From NCBI RefSeq assembly GCF_000142905.1, contig NW_013657623.1, positions 25,928 through 89,927 of the forward strand: a stretch of DNA of 64,000 nucleotides, written 5' to 3'. Below the pieces are notes generated by a model. That model saw nothing but the letters and a program-made list of their open reading frames with translations, made no database searches and was not told the DNA's origin. This DNA comes from Thecamonas trahens ATCC 50062. Lineage: Eukaryota > Protista > Apusomonadida. The position numbers and the translations under genes were made by a program. Positions 10,590 through 21,070 of the stretch are shown here, in pieces (position 1 is the stretch's first letter; the number at the start of each line of letters is the position of its first letter).

Positions 10590-12524
10590 ATGCTGGAGGC
10601 GATGCAGCGGCTGCGGCGAGAGGGAAGGCTGATTGATGCCGAGGTGGTGGCGATGCCATCAGGAGAGGCGATCCCGGCCCACGCGGTCGTCCTTGCCACC
10701 TCGCTGCCGGTAGCCGAAGCCTTGTTCGATCTGCAGCACGAGGTGGAGCGAGTCGGCGACACTGGCGTGCGCAATCGGCTGGAGCTGGATGGGCCGCCCG
10801 AGGCCATTGCGCTTCTTGTTGATGCCATCTACGCGGGCAGCGCCTTTCCGCCGCATGTGCTGCCCGAAGCGGCGGTGACGGGAACGGCGCCCGGCGGCGG
10901 CGGAGCGGTGCTGGCGGCGGCACGTGCGGCGGCATGTGGCGGGGCGGACGACGTGGCAGCAGCGCTAGCGCAGGCCTTTGCCGACCTCGCGCTCGGTGAG
11001 CTCAGTAGCGATGGCGATCGGGCGGTCCTCTGTCTGGCACAGGAGCTGGTCGATGCGCCGAATGCGGCGCTGGCGCACATCCCTGCAGCACGGGCGCTGC
11101 TCCCGCGTCTGCTGAGCGACGCGGCGTACCGGTTTGGCGACCTTGCCGCCGACGAGCTCGCGGCGTGCCCGCTCCCGCTCCTCCGGCTCCTCTTTGCCCA
11201 CGACGGGCTCCGTGTGGGGAGCGAGGCTGAGGTCCTTGCCGCCGTCCGCGGCGTGGTTGCCGCTCTGGCGAGCGACGAGGCCGACACGGCTACGGCGGCT
11301 GCTACGCTGCTTCCGACGCTCCGCACGGCGCTGCTTCCGGCGGACGCACTGACGGCGGAGGAGGTCGCGGTGCTAGCGGGCTGTGGGGGCGGGAGCAGCG
11401 TCGAGCGGCCGCGGCATCATGCGGTGCGGTCATCGGCGGCGGGGGCGGCGCGGGCACTGGTGGCCGGCGGCGACGGCCCAAGCGGCGGCGAGCTGAGCGT
11501 GGGCAAGATCTTCTCTGGCGTGTCGGACGACGGGCTAGCGTCCAAGGCCATCCCGCTTGTGATGGCTGCCGATGGCGGGCTGGTCTACCTCGGGCTGTAC
11601 GATGGCGGGGTGGTGGCGGTGAGCCTGGCGGGTGACGGGCGGATGGGCCGGGTGGTGCCCGTGGTGAGCGTGCCATCGCCACGGCGGGTCACCGCGCTCT
11701 GCACCCTCGCATCGGACGTGGTGGTGGCCGCGACCGCGAGATCACTGACCGGGCGGTTCAAGTCGCGCGGAAGCAGCGGCGGCCAGTCATCGGGTGTGAC
11801 GGCAATCGCGCGGGTGGCGCACTTTGACGGGACCGAGGAGTTTACGCCACTGGCCGCCGACGGCTTCCCGGCCGACGTTCACCACCTGGTTGCAGTGCAT
11901 AAGGAGCATATACTTGTGGGCGTCGGCCCAGATCCACAGACCATCTTTGCGGCGCACGCGGTGTCGCGCGATGGCGGGCGGCGGGTGACGGCGATGGCGG
12001 CGTGCGGCGTGTGCGTGCCGGTGGCAGGCCTGGCAGTGTGCAGCGAGGAAGTTGTTGCTGCGGCGGTGGGAGCGCAAGTGGTCTTTCTGGGCATTCCACG
12101 CGAGCCCAGCAGCGCCGAACTGACGGTGATGGCGGTGTGTGATCTGCCGCGGGAGACGCCCGCGATCTCGGCCATCGGACGGCTCGGTCGGCCGCAGAGC
12201 GAGCTTGCGGTCGTTGTCGGCTGCCTCGACGGATCGCTGTGGATTGTGCGAGCCGAGCCGGAGCGGGCACCCGAGCTTGTTGCCGGAGCGGGTGGGCGGA
12301 TCTCGCGCATTGCATGCAGCGAGGCCGATGATGGCTTCCTTGCTGCGACGTACACCGGCGAGCTTGCGGCATACACCACCTCCAGCGAGGACAACGCGCT
12401 CGAGGGCGCACGGATGTGCGAGGCGGCGATCGCCGATGTTGTACTCGTCGGCGAGACACTGGTCATTCTCCAAGGCGTCGGTAACGACTGTGCTCTGCTG
12501 ACCCTCACACCGCATTGTTCGTGA
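10590..12524 (+). CDS. BTB/BACK protein with probable C-terminal beta-propeller
   Basis: D..V....GEAIPAHAVVLA and LLVDAIY (BTB); LRVGSEAEVLAAV (BACK); GLYDGG and GCLDGSLW WD40-like strands. Confidence 0.6.
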   Translation: MLEAMQRLRREGRLIDAEVVAMPSGEAIPAHAVVLATSLPVAEALFDLQHEVERVGDTGVRNRLELDGPPEAIALLVDAIYAGSAFPPHVLPEAAVTGTAPGGGGAVLAAARAAACGGADDVAAALAQAFADLALGELSSDGDRAVLCLAQELVDAPNAALAHIPAARALLPRLLSDAAYRFGDLAADELAACPLPLLRLLFAHDGLRVGSEAEVLAAVRGVVAALASDEADTATAAATLLPTLRTALLPADALTAEEVAVLAGCGGGSSVERPRHHAVRSSAAGAARALVAGGDGPSGGELSVGKIFSGVSDDGLASKAIPLVMAADGGLVYLGLYDGGVVAVSLAGDGRMGRVVPVVSVPSPRRVTALCTLASDVVVAATARSLTGRFKSRGSSGGQSSGVTAIARVAHFDGTEEFTPLAADGFPADVHHLVAVHKEHILVGVGPDPQTIFAAHAVSRDGGRRVTAMAACGVCVPVAGLAVCSEEVVAAAVGAQVVFLGIPREPSSAELTVMAVCDLPRETPAISAIGRLGRPQSELAVVVGCLDGSLWIVRAEPERAPELVAGAGGRISRIACSEADDGFLAATYTGELAAYTTSSEDNALEGARMCEAAIADVVLVGETLVILQGVGNDCALLTLTPHCS

Positions 12525-12749
12525 ACAATGAAATATATGTCTTCGCTGGTTGCAGTCACACGGGCTGTCGCCGTCACCCGCACCTGGCACGGGCCGAGGG
12601 TGACGCCAGCACCGCGTCACCGCGGCTGACAGAATTGACAAAAAGCGTGTGTCTTTGACCGTGGTTTGCGAGGGAGCTCTTCTCACACATCTTCCTCGGC
12701 ACTCTTGCGGACAAGAAAGACCACTAATTACATAGCTCTACTACTAACA

Positions 12750-13449
12750 ATGTCTGCTGCTGCTGCCCTCATGGGCGTGCTTGCCTCGCTTGTGGCTGCC
12801 GCGTTTCTCGCTGGTTGCCTTGCTGCGGTACGGAGCGAAAAAAGGATAGCATTGACCGGTGGCGATGGCAGTGATGCATGGCGATGACTCATGGCGAGAG
12901 AATGGGCGGATGTGTGGAGGACAGCCTGTGCAGCATGTTGTGACAAAGAACTCGTCTGGCGGAGAGACCATTACCAACTATCGATGGGAAAAGGTGGTAA
13001 CCAAGGGCTCGTCATCGTCTGTGACGCGCAAGTATAACAAGGACGCCGACAAGGCGGTGATCAAGGTGATGAGCGCTGGGCTCTCTTTTGCCGTCTTCTC
13101 GTTTGTGGGTGCGGTGGTGTCGATTGTAGCGACGCTCATCTACGGCGTGGGCATGGCCAAGGTGCCTGTTGGCGGAGCGCTGATGAAGATCATCATTGTG
13201 ATCGCGGGCCTCGCGACGGTAATCTGCGGGCTTGTCTCGGTCATGACCATCGGCTTCTCGCTCCCCGATGCGCACAAGGAGGACTGCGAGCGGCGACTGC
13301 TGAGCTCGTGCGACAGCGAGTTCTACAAGAAGTTCCACGGCGAGGAGAACAACAGCAAGTGGCGCGGCGGCGATGGCTACATCCTTGGATGTGTAGCCAT
13401 GCCGTTTGCGCTCCTCATCGTCGCCTTTCCTTTCATGTATGATCCGTAG
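12750..13449 (+). CDS. Four-TM claudin/PMP22/amastin-like protein; exons 12750-12827 and 12925-13449
   Basis: Phase-0 intron GTACGG...CAG joins TM1 to the ORF at 12925; four hydrophobic helices; W-x-G-G-x-G-Y before the last TM. Confidence 0.6.
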
Positions 13450-13944
13450 CTACGGTCGCTGTGGCCATGGCTGTGGCGTTTGTAAAGCCCTGACAGTGCA
13501 GGCCAGATATCGTGGGTGATGTTGGAGGAGTGGTAGAGGAAGGGCTGGTTATGACGCCGATGTGGGGGTGGGTGGCCGCGATCTGGCGCTAGAGAGCCGT
13601 GTATGATGGCGGCGAGTTGGCGGCGAGGTAGCAGCCGACAAGGATCTGGGCTGGAGAGAGCGATAGCCATGACGTCAGAGTGCGGCGAGAGAGTAGGAGG
13701 GGTAATCAAGGGAGTGTGGGTGACGACGGTGGCTGTGGATGTGGGTGGGTGGCCGCCATCTGCCGCCCGACCGCAGTAACTGCACGGACCGACGCCCTCG
13801 CGCGTTTGCCGACGTGGCGCCTCAGCAACAACCGGATGAGCCACCATGCCACCGAGGCAGAGAGAGAGAGAGAGGGAGTGGGAGGTAGGGCCAAGGGCAG
13901 AGGCCACACCGTCACATACTCCACCACATATACTCAATACGAAC

Positions 13945-15181
13945 ATGCTGGGTCTTGACTATGGGGAGTACTATGCAGAGCTGTACGTGGTGCACCCAAG
14001 TGTGTGGGGGGGGGTGGGATGGGTACTCATAGGTATGGGTGTCATGGATGGATGGTGGTGATGGTGATGGCTGTTGTGGGCGTCAACTCGGTTATGGTCA
14101 TCGCCATGGCTGATGGTGGGCGTCAACTCGGTTATGGTCGTCGTCTTGGCTGATGGTGGGGCGTGGTCACGGTCGTCCTCATGATCGTCGTCATCATGCT
14201 GCTGATCATCATCATACTACCTGTCATCATGGCTCATGGCTCATGGCTCATGGCTCATGGCTCCTTGCTGATGGCTGATGGCTGATGGCTAATGGCGATT
14301 GGCAAACAACTACAGGAGCGATTACGGCGTGTCGCTCGCGGTGTGCATCGGCATCACCGTGGTCCGGCTCGTGATTGGCAAGGCCGTGTTCACGCCGGCG
14401 GCAGAATACGTGTGGGGGGTGAAGGACAAGGTGTCGCAGGCCAAGTTCTGCGACGCCGCCTTCAAGCTGCTGATCTGGTCGGCATGCGTGTGCATCGGCC
14501 TCATCACCTGCTGGGACAAGCCGTGGTTCCTCGACTCGATCCGGTTCTGGGACTACTACCCGACGCCGATGACCTTTGACGTCCGCGCATACTACCTCTT
14601 TGAGCTCGGGTGGTACTTTCACCAAATGCTCTTCCTCATTGTCTTCGAGTCAGATACCGGCAAGAAGCGGTCAGACGCCATTCCCATGCTTATCCACCAC
14701 CTGGCCACCATCGGCCTCATCTCGTTCTCCTACCTCAACGGCTTCTCGCCCGTCGGCTGCATGATCATGCTAGTCCACGACATTGTCGACGTCCCGCTCG
14801 AGGCTGCCCTCCTCACCAAGGAAATGGGCTACGACACCCTCACCGACATCCTCTTTGTCAACTTTCCTCTTCTGGCTCATCTTCCGCCTCGGCATCTTCC
14901 CCTTCCACCTCGTCCGCTCGGTCGTCTACGAGCTCGTCGTCCACTCGCCGCAAATAGAGGGCCACCCGGATGCCGGCAAGCTCACCTCCATCTTCCAGCT
15001 CTACTCCTCGTACCCCATCCAGATGCCCATGTGCCGTGAGCTCTCGGCCCTCCTCTTTGTCCTCGTCATCCTCCACATCTACTGGTGGATCCTCATCGCT
15101 CGCATGATCAAGAAGTACGTCGTCGATGGCCACGTCAAGGGCGACATCCGTGACGAGGACGCGGCCAAGAAGACCGACTAA
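13945..15181 (+). CDS. CERS: Ceramide synthase (Lag1/TLC); exon 1 13945-13982, intron 13983-14315, frameshift near 14863-14866
   Basis: KFCDAAF, YYLFELGWY, KRSD..PMLIHHLAT..LI..SY, HDIVD, FWLIFRL, LHIYW, DIRD motifs; phase-2 splice GTACGT...GCTAAT...CAG. Confidence 0.85.
14074..14294 (+). repeat. Intronic repeats: duplicated TGGGCGTCAACTCGGTTATGGTC plus (ATGGCTC)n/(ATGGCTG)n array
   Basis: Seen directly in sequence. Confidence 0.75.
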
Positions 15182-15190
15182 ACCCAAACG

Positions 15191-15192
<2 letters not shown>

Positions 15193-15228
<36 letters not shown>
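15193..15228 (+). repeat. (CA)n microsatellite
   Basis: Seen directly in the CERS 3' flank. Confidence 0.9.
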
Positions 15229-15232
<4 letters not shown>

Positions 15233-15519
15233 GCACATATTCGTCCATTGCCTCTGACAAACCCGACTGTCTGACGCCCATCTGCGCCATCAACGAATCT
15301 AGCGTTTGTTCGTTGTCCCCCCCCCCCCCCCTCTCAACTATTAATCAACAAAGCCAACGTGGCTTTGTTCGTTGCCTCTTTCCCGCTCATACGCACCTCG
15401 CTCGGCCCGCGTCGAGGACTGCGAACGTTCACGGGCAGCTACTTCGCCAAGGTGCAAGCGTTGTGACAAGCCAAGTCGCCACCTCTCAAGTCCTTGTTTT
15501 CCTCTATCTTGTCATACCC

Positions 15520-18051
15520 ATGGCAGGCAGCGAGTCTTCGTCAGACTCGGGCTTTGCCCTTGCCTATGCCGTGATGACCCGGCCAGACGCCGCCGTCTCT
15601 CCCGCCGCCGCCGCCACCGCCGCCCGTGCCCGCTCGCGGCCATCGCGGCAAGCCGGTCCACTCCCGACCAACTCGAGCCCTGCACGGACGCGATCATCTG
15701 GAGTCATGACCAGAGTTGGAGGACAGTCATCGTCGACTGGCCGCACATCGACCAGCCAATCCACCTCTCGTGCGGGTAAGCAGGGCGGCAAGCAGCTCCA
15801 GCTCCAGCTCCAGCCGCAGCTCCAACGGAGCGTCATGTCCGAGTCCAAGGTACGGAAGCAAGTGGCATCGCCGGCAGTCGCCATGTTGAGAGGCAGCTCA
15901 CTGGTCAAGAGCAACTCGATGGGCATGCCGATGGATCAGATTAGAAGGCTGGAGGAGCGGAGAGAGGCCAGGAGGAAGAGCTCCATGCCAAGCACCGCTT
16001 TGGCCGCCGCTGCTGCCGGTGCGGCCGCACACTCCACCTCATCCTCGCCGCCTGTCAACCATGTTATTCCTTCCATCACCGCCACCTCGTCGACAACGTC
16101 GATGGTGATCCATCCGGCGGCCGATGGCTCCCTCCCGCACGCCACGCGCTCCGACGTGGCCATCTCGCCGGTCATGGCTGCGCTCCGTGGCAATCAACTT
16201 GCCAAGAGCAACTCAATGGGCATGCCTCAGACGCGGACAAGCAAGGCTGCGCCTGCTGCGCCTGCGCCCAAGTCGATCAAAGACGCAGGTGGCGGGAAGG
16301 ACGCTGCCGACGACGATGATGATGACTTTAGCGGCTCGGGATGGAGCTCGGGCGATTCGAAGCGAATGCCGCCGATTGATGGCGGTGCCAGCGCAGGGGG
16401 GCTCACATCCAAGGCACATACCAGCTCTGTGGAAGGGGGGCAGTGGCTCGGAGCCAAGCCGGCGCGGAAGCGACATCGGCGGCGGAGCTTTGACAAGTGC
16501 AGCAACAACGGATCCAACGAGAAGCGGCGGCAGAGGAGAAGGAGGAGGAGCTCAAACGAGAGCACTACCAAAAGTGCGAGGCGCCAGGCTCGCCGACAGC
16601 GGACGCGGCGGGAATCGGCGTCGAGTGATTGGAGTGACTCCAGCTGGAACTCGGCTCAGGCTGACCAAGCCGAGCTCGAGTGGAGCGACGGTGAGGCACC
16701 GGAATGGAGCGGCATTGCTGAAGGGCTCGCAGCTTGGGTCGCGAACAATGCGCCTGTGCGCGTGGACGAGCTCGGGGATCACGGACTCGACGACGTGTTT
16801 TCGTCATCAGAGGAGTCGTCGTGCGAGGCCGAGCTCGCGCTCTCTGTCCGTGCTGCTGAGAAGCGGGTTCGGTTTGCCATCGGCAAGCCGAGAGTCCACA
16901 CGTACGTCTCATACGCCAAAGCTGTGACGCGAGCAACTGCCGATGACGACGACGACCTACGGTCTGCGCTGGCCATCATTGGGCTGGCGTCAATTGCCGA
17001 AGAACCGGATCACGTGGTGCCTGTCCAGCCAAAGCCACGGGCGGCACCACTGCTGGTGGATGTCATGTTTGGCAACGGGCGGGGGAGCAAGTTGCCACGG
17101 ACCGGCTCGGAATCTTCAGAACTCGACTCCTCGGCATCGTCGTCATGTCTCGACTCTTCGCGCGGCGAGCTGGACGAGGTGGCCGCGGCGTGGAGAGCGA
17201 TCGAGGAAAAGCAGGCTGCCCGGCCGGGACGCGACCCGACCATCATCGGAGTCCAGCCCAAGGTGGAAGGCCCATGGACGCGAATTCGAGTCTCGACCGC
17301 CATCCAGGCATTTGCGTCAGCCATCGAGTCTGGCGAGCTGGTGGAGGCCGAGGGTCGGACCCGCGAGCCTGCGGCGCGCGGATGGTTCAAGCGAATGGTT
17401 GGCCCGCCACGGCTGGCCTCAGCACAACTCGAGGCACAGCAGCACGCGGTGCTGGTGGTGGGCAAGGTCAAGCTCGACGACCGCTTCCTCCTCCACATCC
17501 AGATTCTCAACTCGGTCTACCGCGAGTTTGTGGGTGGTGCCATCGAGCCCACCCGGTTCGGCTCGCACTGGGAGCTGCTCGGTTTCCAGGGCCGCGATCC
17601 GGCCACAGACCTACGCGGAGTGGGCATGCTCGGCCTGGTCAACCTCCTTGCCCTCGCGCAAGAGTATCCGGTCGTGGCGCGAGCGGCGTACGAGGCTGCC
17701 CTGGATCCCAACCACGACTACCCGATGGTCCTTGTCGGTTTTCGCCTGTCGTCGGCCTGCCTCCGCCTGCTGCGGGGTCACAAGCTCAACAAGACAGCTA
17801 ACGGTCTGGGCTCGGTCTGGGCCGCCTTCCACTCGATGTATGCCGCGAGCTGGGCTGCGTTTGTGAGCACGTGGCGGAGCGGCCGACACACCATTGTGGA
17901 GTATGACGCTGTGATGCGCGCGCTTGAGGCCAAGCTTGCCAAGTCGGTGCCCAAGGCGCTGCGCGAGCTGAGTGCTTTCGAGGCGCGCAAGCGCAATGAT
18001 GCCGGTGGGCTGGTCGGCGGCGATGACCTCGAGCTGACGCAGTTTGGGTAG
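15520..18051 (+). CDS. ELMO/CED-12 domain protein (ELMOD-like Arf/Arl GAP) with long disordered N-terminus
   Basis: HWELLGFQGRDPATDLRGVGMLGL and YPMVLVG in the C-terminal ~200 aa; first ATG at 15520. Confidence 0.85.
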   Translation: MAGSESSSDSGFALAYAVMTRPDAAVSPAAAATAARARSRPSRQAGPLPTNSSPARTRSSGVMTRVGGQSSSTGRTSTSQSTSRAGKQGGKQLQLQLQPQLQRSVMSESKVRKQVASPAVAMLRGSSLVKSNSMGMPMDQIRRLEERREARRKSSMPSTALAAAAAGAAAHSTSSSPPVNHVIPSITATSSTTSMVIHPAADGSLPHATRSDVAISPVMAALRGNQLAKSNSMGMPQTRTSKAAPAAPAPKSIKDAGGGKDAADDDDDDFSGSGWSSGDSKRMPPIDGGASAGGLTSKAHTSSVEGGQWLGAKPARKRHRRRSFDKCSNNGSNEKRRQRRRRRSSNESTTKSARRQARRQRTRRESASSDWSDSSWNSAQADQAELEWSDGEAPEWSGIAEGLAAWVANNAPVRVDELGDHGLDDVFSSSEESSCEAELALSVRAAEKRVRFAIGKPRVHTYVSYAKAVTRATADDDDDLRSALAIIGLASIAEEPDHVVPVQPKPRAAPLLVDVMFGNGRGSKLPRTGSESSELDSSASSSCLDSSRGELDEVAAAWRAIEEKQAARPGRDPTIIGVQPKVEGPWTRIRVSTAIQAFASAIESGELVEAEGRTREPAARGWFKRMVGPPRLASAQLEAQQHAVLVVGKVKLDDRFLLHIQILNSVYREFVGGAIEPTRFGSHWELLGFQGRDPATDLRGVGMLGLVNLLALAQEYPVVARAAYEAALDPNHDYPMVLVGFRLSSACLRLLRGHKLNKTANGLGSVWAAFHSMYAASWAAFVSTWRSGRHTIVEYDAVMRALEAKLAKSVPKALRELSAFEARKRNDAGGLVGGDDLELTQFG

Positions 18052-18137
18052 GAGTGACACGAGCAAGAAGGAAAGCACAGTGTTACTTGAAGGCAGAAAG
18101 GGAGAAAAGGGGGGGGGGGGAGGGTAGAGAGCGAGCG

Positions 18138-20479
18138 TCACGGCAGCGGGGTAACCGAGCGGCGGGCGCGGTCGTAGTGGGCATCGCGGTGACACAAGCG
18201 CGGCGACGACGTCGGACTCTGGTCCATGGGAACGACGAATTCCGAGTCGAGGTCTGCATCCGGGAGCGCAAGGTCCATGGAGGCAAGAGTGAGGTCACCA
18301 GAGCCTCGGTCGCCAGGCGAGTTGAGCGTCTCGTGCATGGCGGCCTCCATAGCCGAGGCGGCCATTGCAGCGGCCGAGGGCGGGGCGGAGGCATCCTGGG
18401 TGACTGACATGACCAGGGCGGTGCAGAGCTCGTAGAGGGCCCAGTAGTCGCGGCGGCGAGCAAAGAGGCCCGGGCGCTGGGTGGCGGCCTCGTGGGCAAG
18501 GATGGGCAGGCCGAGGAGCGGGCCGGTCTCCGGGACCGCGAGCTCCTCGAGAGCGTCCGAGAGCACGGCATGGGCGACGGCAAAGACGCCAGCAGCGCCG
18601 GTTCCGCACGAGTCGTGGATGAGGAGCGGACGGTAGCGGCGCTTATAGGCGACGTGGACATCGTGGGTAAACTCGATCAGCGAGCGGAGCGGGAGCGGAG
18701 CGGCGTGATGCGGCCATGCGGCGTATTGCAGGTGGACGACACGGCGCTTCTGGGCCTCGAGCATGTGGCGGACCCGGAGCTCAGTGCGGATGCCGTACGA
18801 GCCGAGGGCCTCGATCGACTTGGCCTCGACCTCGAAATGGCCGACAACAAGGACCTGGCCCACATCCATGGGCCAGTACGGGAAGCAGAGCTCGGAAGAG
18901 CCGGCAGCCTCCTCCAGCGACTCGGGCGTGAGCGCGCCGGGCGCCGGGCCGCGTAGCCGGGTGAGAGCCACCACGACCGAGGTGTGCTCGGCCCAGACCA
19001 TGCGCCAAAAGGCAAAGACACCGGCCTCGGTCGGACCCTGGGCCACAATGTAGTGGCGCTTGCACGCGCCGAGGCGGACGTGGGAGGCGTGGACAAACTG
19101 TGAGGTGCGGAGGCGGAGCCGCGAGCCGAGCGAGGTCGAGACCGACGTCCACGGCACGGCAGCAGGCGGCGGACCGGCAGCGGCGACGAGCGCCCCGTTC
19201 TTGCCGAGCTCGAGCGTCTGGCCGGCCATCGACGACGGCACCTTGCGCCAGCCTGCCGGAGCAACACGCGGCGTCGACGCCGCTGCCTCGGCAACAGCCG
19301 CAGAGAGGGCTTCGGAGAGCGGCGGAGAGCGGGGCGGCTCGTCGTCCTCATCTTCCTCATCCTCCTCGTCAGAGACCGAGCCTGCGAGCGGCGGGAGGAC
19401 GACGGCAGTGTCGAGACGGAGCGGCGGGGCGGGCGAGCGGAGCGGGAGCCTGGCGTGGTGGGGCGTACCCGAGGTACGCGAGATGGCAGCTGAGTGTCCC
19501 TCGTCCTCCTTCTCGTCGTCGTCATCCCAGAGCGCAAGCTGGACGGCAGCGAGCGAGGCCGAGATGGCGGCAGTGAGCTTGTCGTGCTCCGACTTGAGAG
19601 CGCGCGGGTGGGCGAGGAGCGAGTTGGTCCTCAGCGCTAGGCCGGCGGCCTGAGCATGAACCGAGCCACGACGAGCCCAGCGTGCGGTCGAGTACAGCTG
19701 CGCAAGCGGAGCGGTATCAAGCGGCGACGAGAGCGCCCGCCGTCGCGACGAGCGGTCTCTCTCTGCCACGCGCGCAGCGAGAGAGACAAAGTGCGAGTGC
19801 GTAGCCAGATCAGGACGAGTGCCAGGCAGTGAAGAGTGGCGCGCAGAAGTAAGCGAAGCGGCCGAGTCTGCAGGGCTAGCCGAGGGAGGACCGAGGTCAG
19901 CAGAAGGGGCCAAATGAGCATTGCCACCCAAGTGATGACTGTTGATAGTAGAAGAGGGTGAAGACGATGATTGGATTGCGGCCGAGTGTGCGGCGAGAGG
20001 CGGCGAAAAGGAAGCGAGTCATTTGCTGACGAGTGCGGGAGTTGCGGCTGGGACGGCGGGAGGTATTGCGGGAGGGGCTCATGCGGGGGATGCCCACCAG
20101 GCATAATAGACATAGCAGAGTCATTGAGCGACGGTGCGTAGCCATTGTCACCTTGGTTGTCGCTCTCCATACCCAATCCGTCAAAGCCATACACTCCTCC
20201 ATGCCCATCACTTTCAGTCGCACCACGCTCGGACCAACTTTGCAAGTTGTTGACATGAAGATAATGCTGACGACGAACGAGGTCCTCGTCGTCGATCACC
20301 ACCTCCTGGCCACCGCCGCCTGTTCCACGAGCCGCAGCGAGGGCCCAGCCACGAGGACGAGAAGGTGGAGAAGGTGGAGGTGATCCAACACTTCCGTGTG
20401 TTGCATACTCTCCAGAGTGGGCAAAGGAAAGGCTTGGCTCACCGGCGGGTGAGGAAGGCTCACTCCACGCCACGCCCAT
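18138..20479 (-). CDS. Classical protein-tyrosine-phosphatase-like protein, predicted catalytically dead; one frameshift at 20006-20009
   Basis: YIVAQGP, FWRMVW, CFPYWP, HLQY..WPHH, P-loop IHDSCGTGAAG; adding one T joins ORF 20479 to ORF 19931. Confidence 0.75.
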
Positions 20480-21070
20480 GGTGGTGGTGTGTCAGTCGAA
20501 ATCGGCGGAGGAACTCTCTCTGTGTTTCTCCTCACTGCGGACGGTGAAGTGTTTGCATATGGTTGCATTAATCGTAGTCATCATGCCAATTGGGGGCTCC
20601 CGCGTGCGCCTTTGACCACCTTTTTTGATGGGCAAACGGAACCATTATTCCTCCTTTTAGATGTTGATGCGGCAGAGGAAGGGGGGGAGGGTGGGGGGTG
20701 GGGGGGGAGGGAGGTATCCAATTGGCGGGATAGAAGGGAGTGAAGGGGATAGAGGGGGGTGGACGGGGTGGATGGGTGGTGGTAGGGGTGGTGGTCGGTG
20801 TAGGACGGTGGAAGGGGAGGGTGGCTGGCGCGTGGGAGGATGTACCCCGGTGGTGTCGGCGGCGGAATGGGTGGTGTACGTTTGCGCGTGAGCGCGCGCT
20901 TGGCTTGCAAGGCAGTGCAAAGGGCGGGGGGGGGGGGGGGTCAGAAAAAAATTTACGCGAGAGGGTGTGCGGGTGGGGGAGGAGGGGGTGGCTGGGCTGG
21001 CTGGGCTGGCTGGTAACGGATGCAGTTGGTGGCGGACGAACAGGCAGTGTCGGCAGCGGCAGACTTGACA

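Noticed and set aside
14299-15181. Frameshifted genes as pseudogenes
   Set aside because: Catalytic motifs are intact on both sides and each break sits in a homopolymer; sequencing error is more parsimonious
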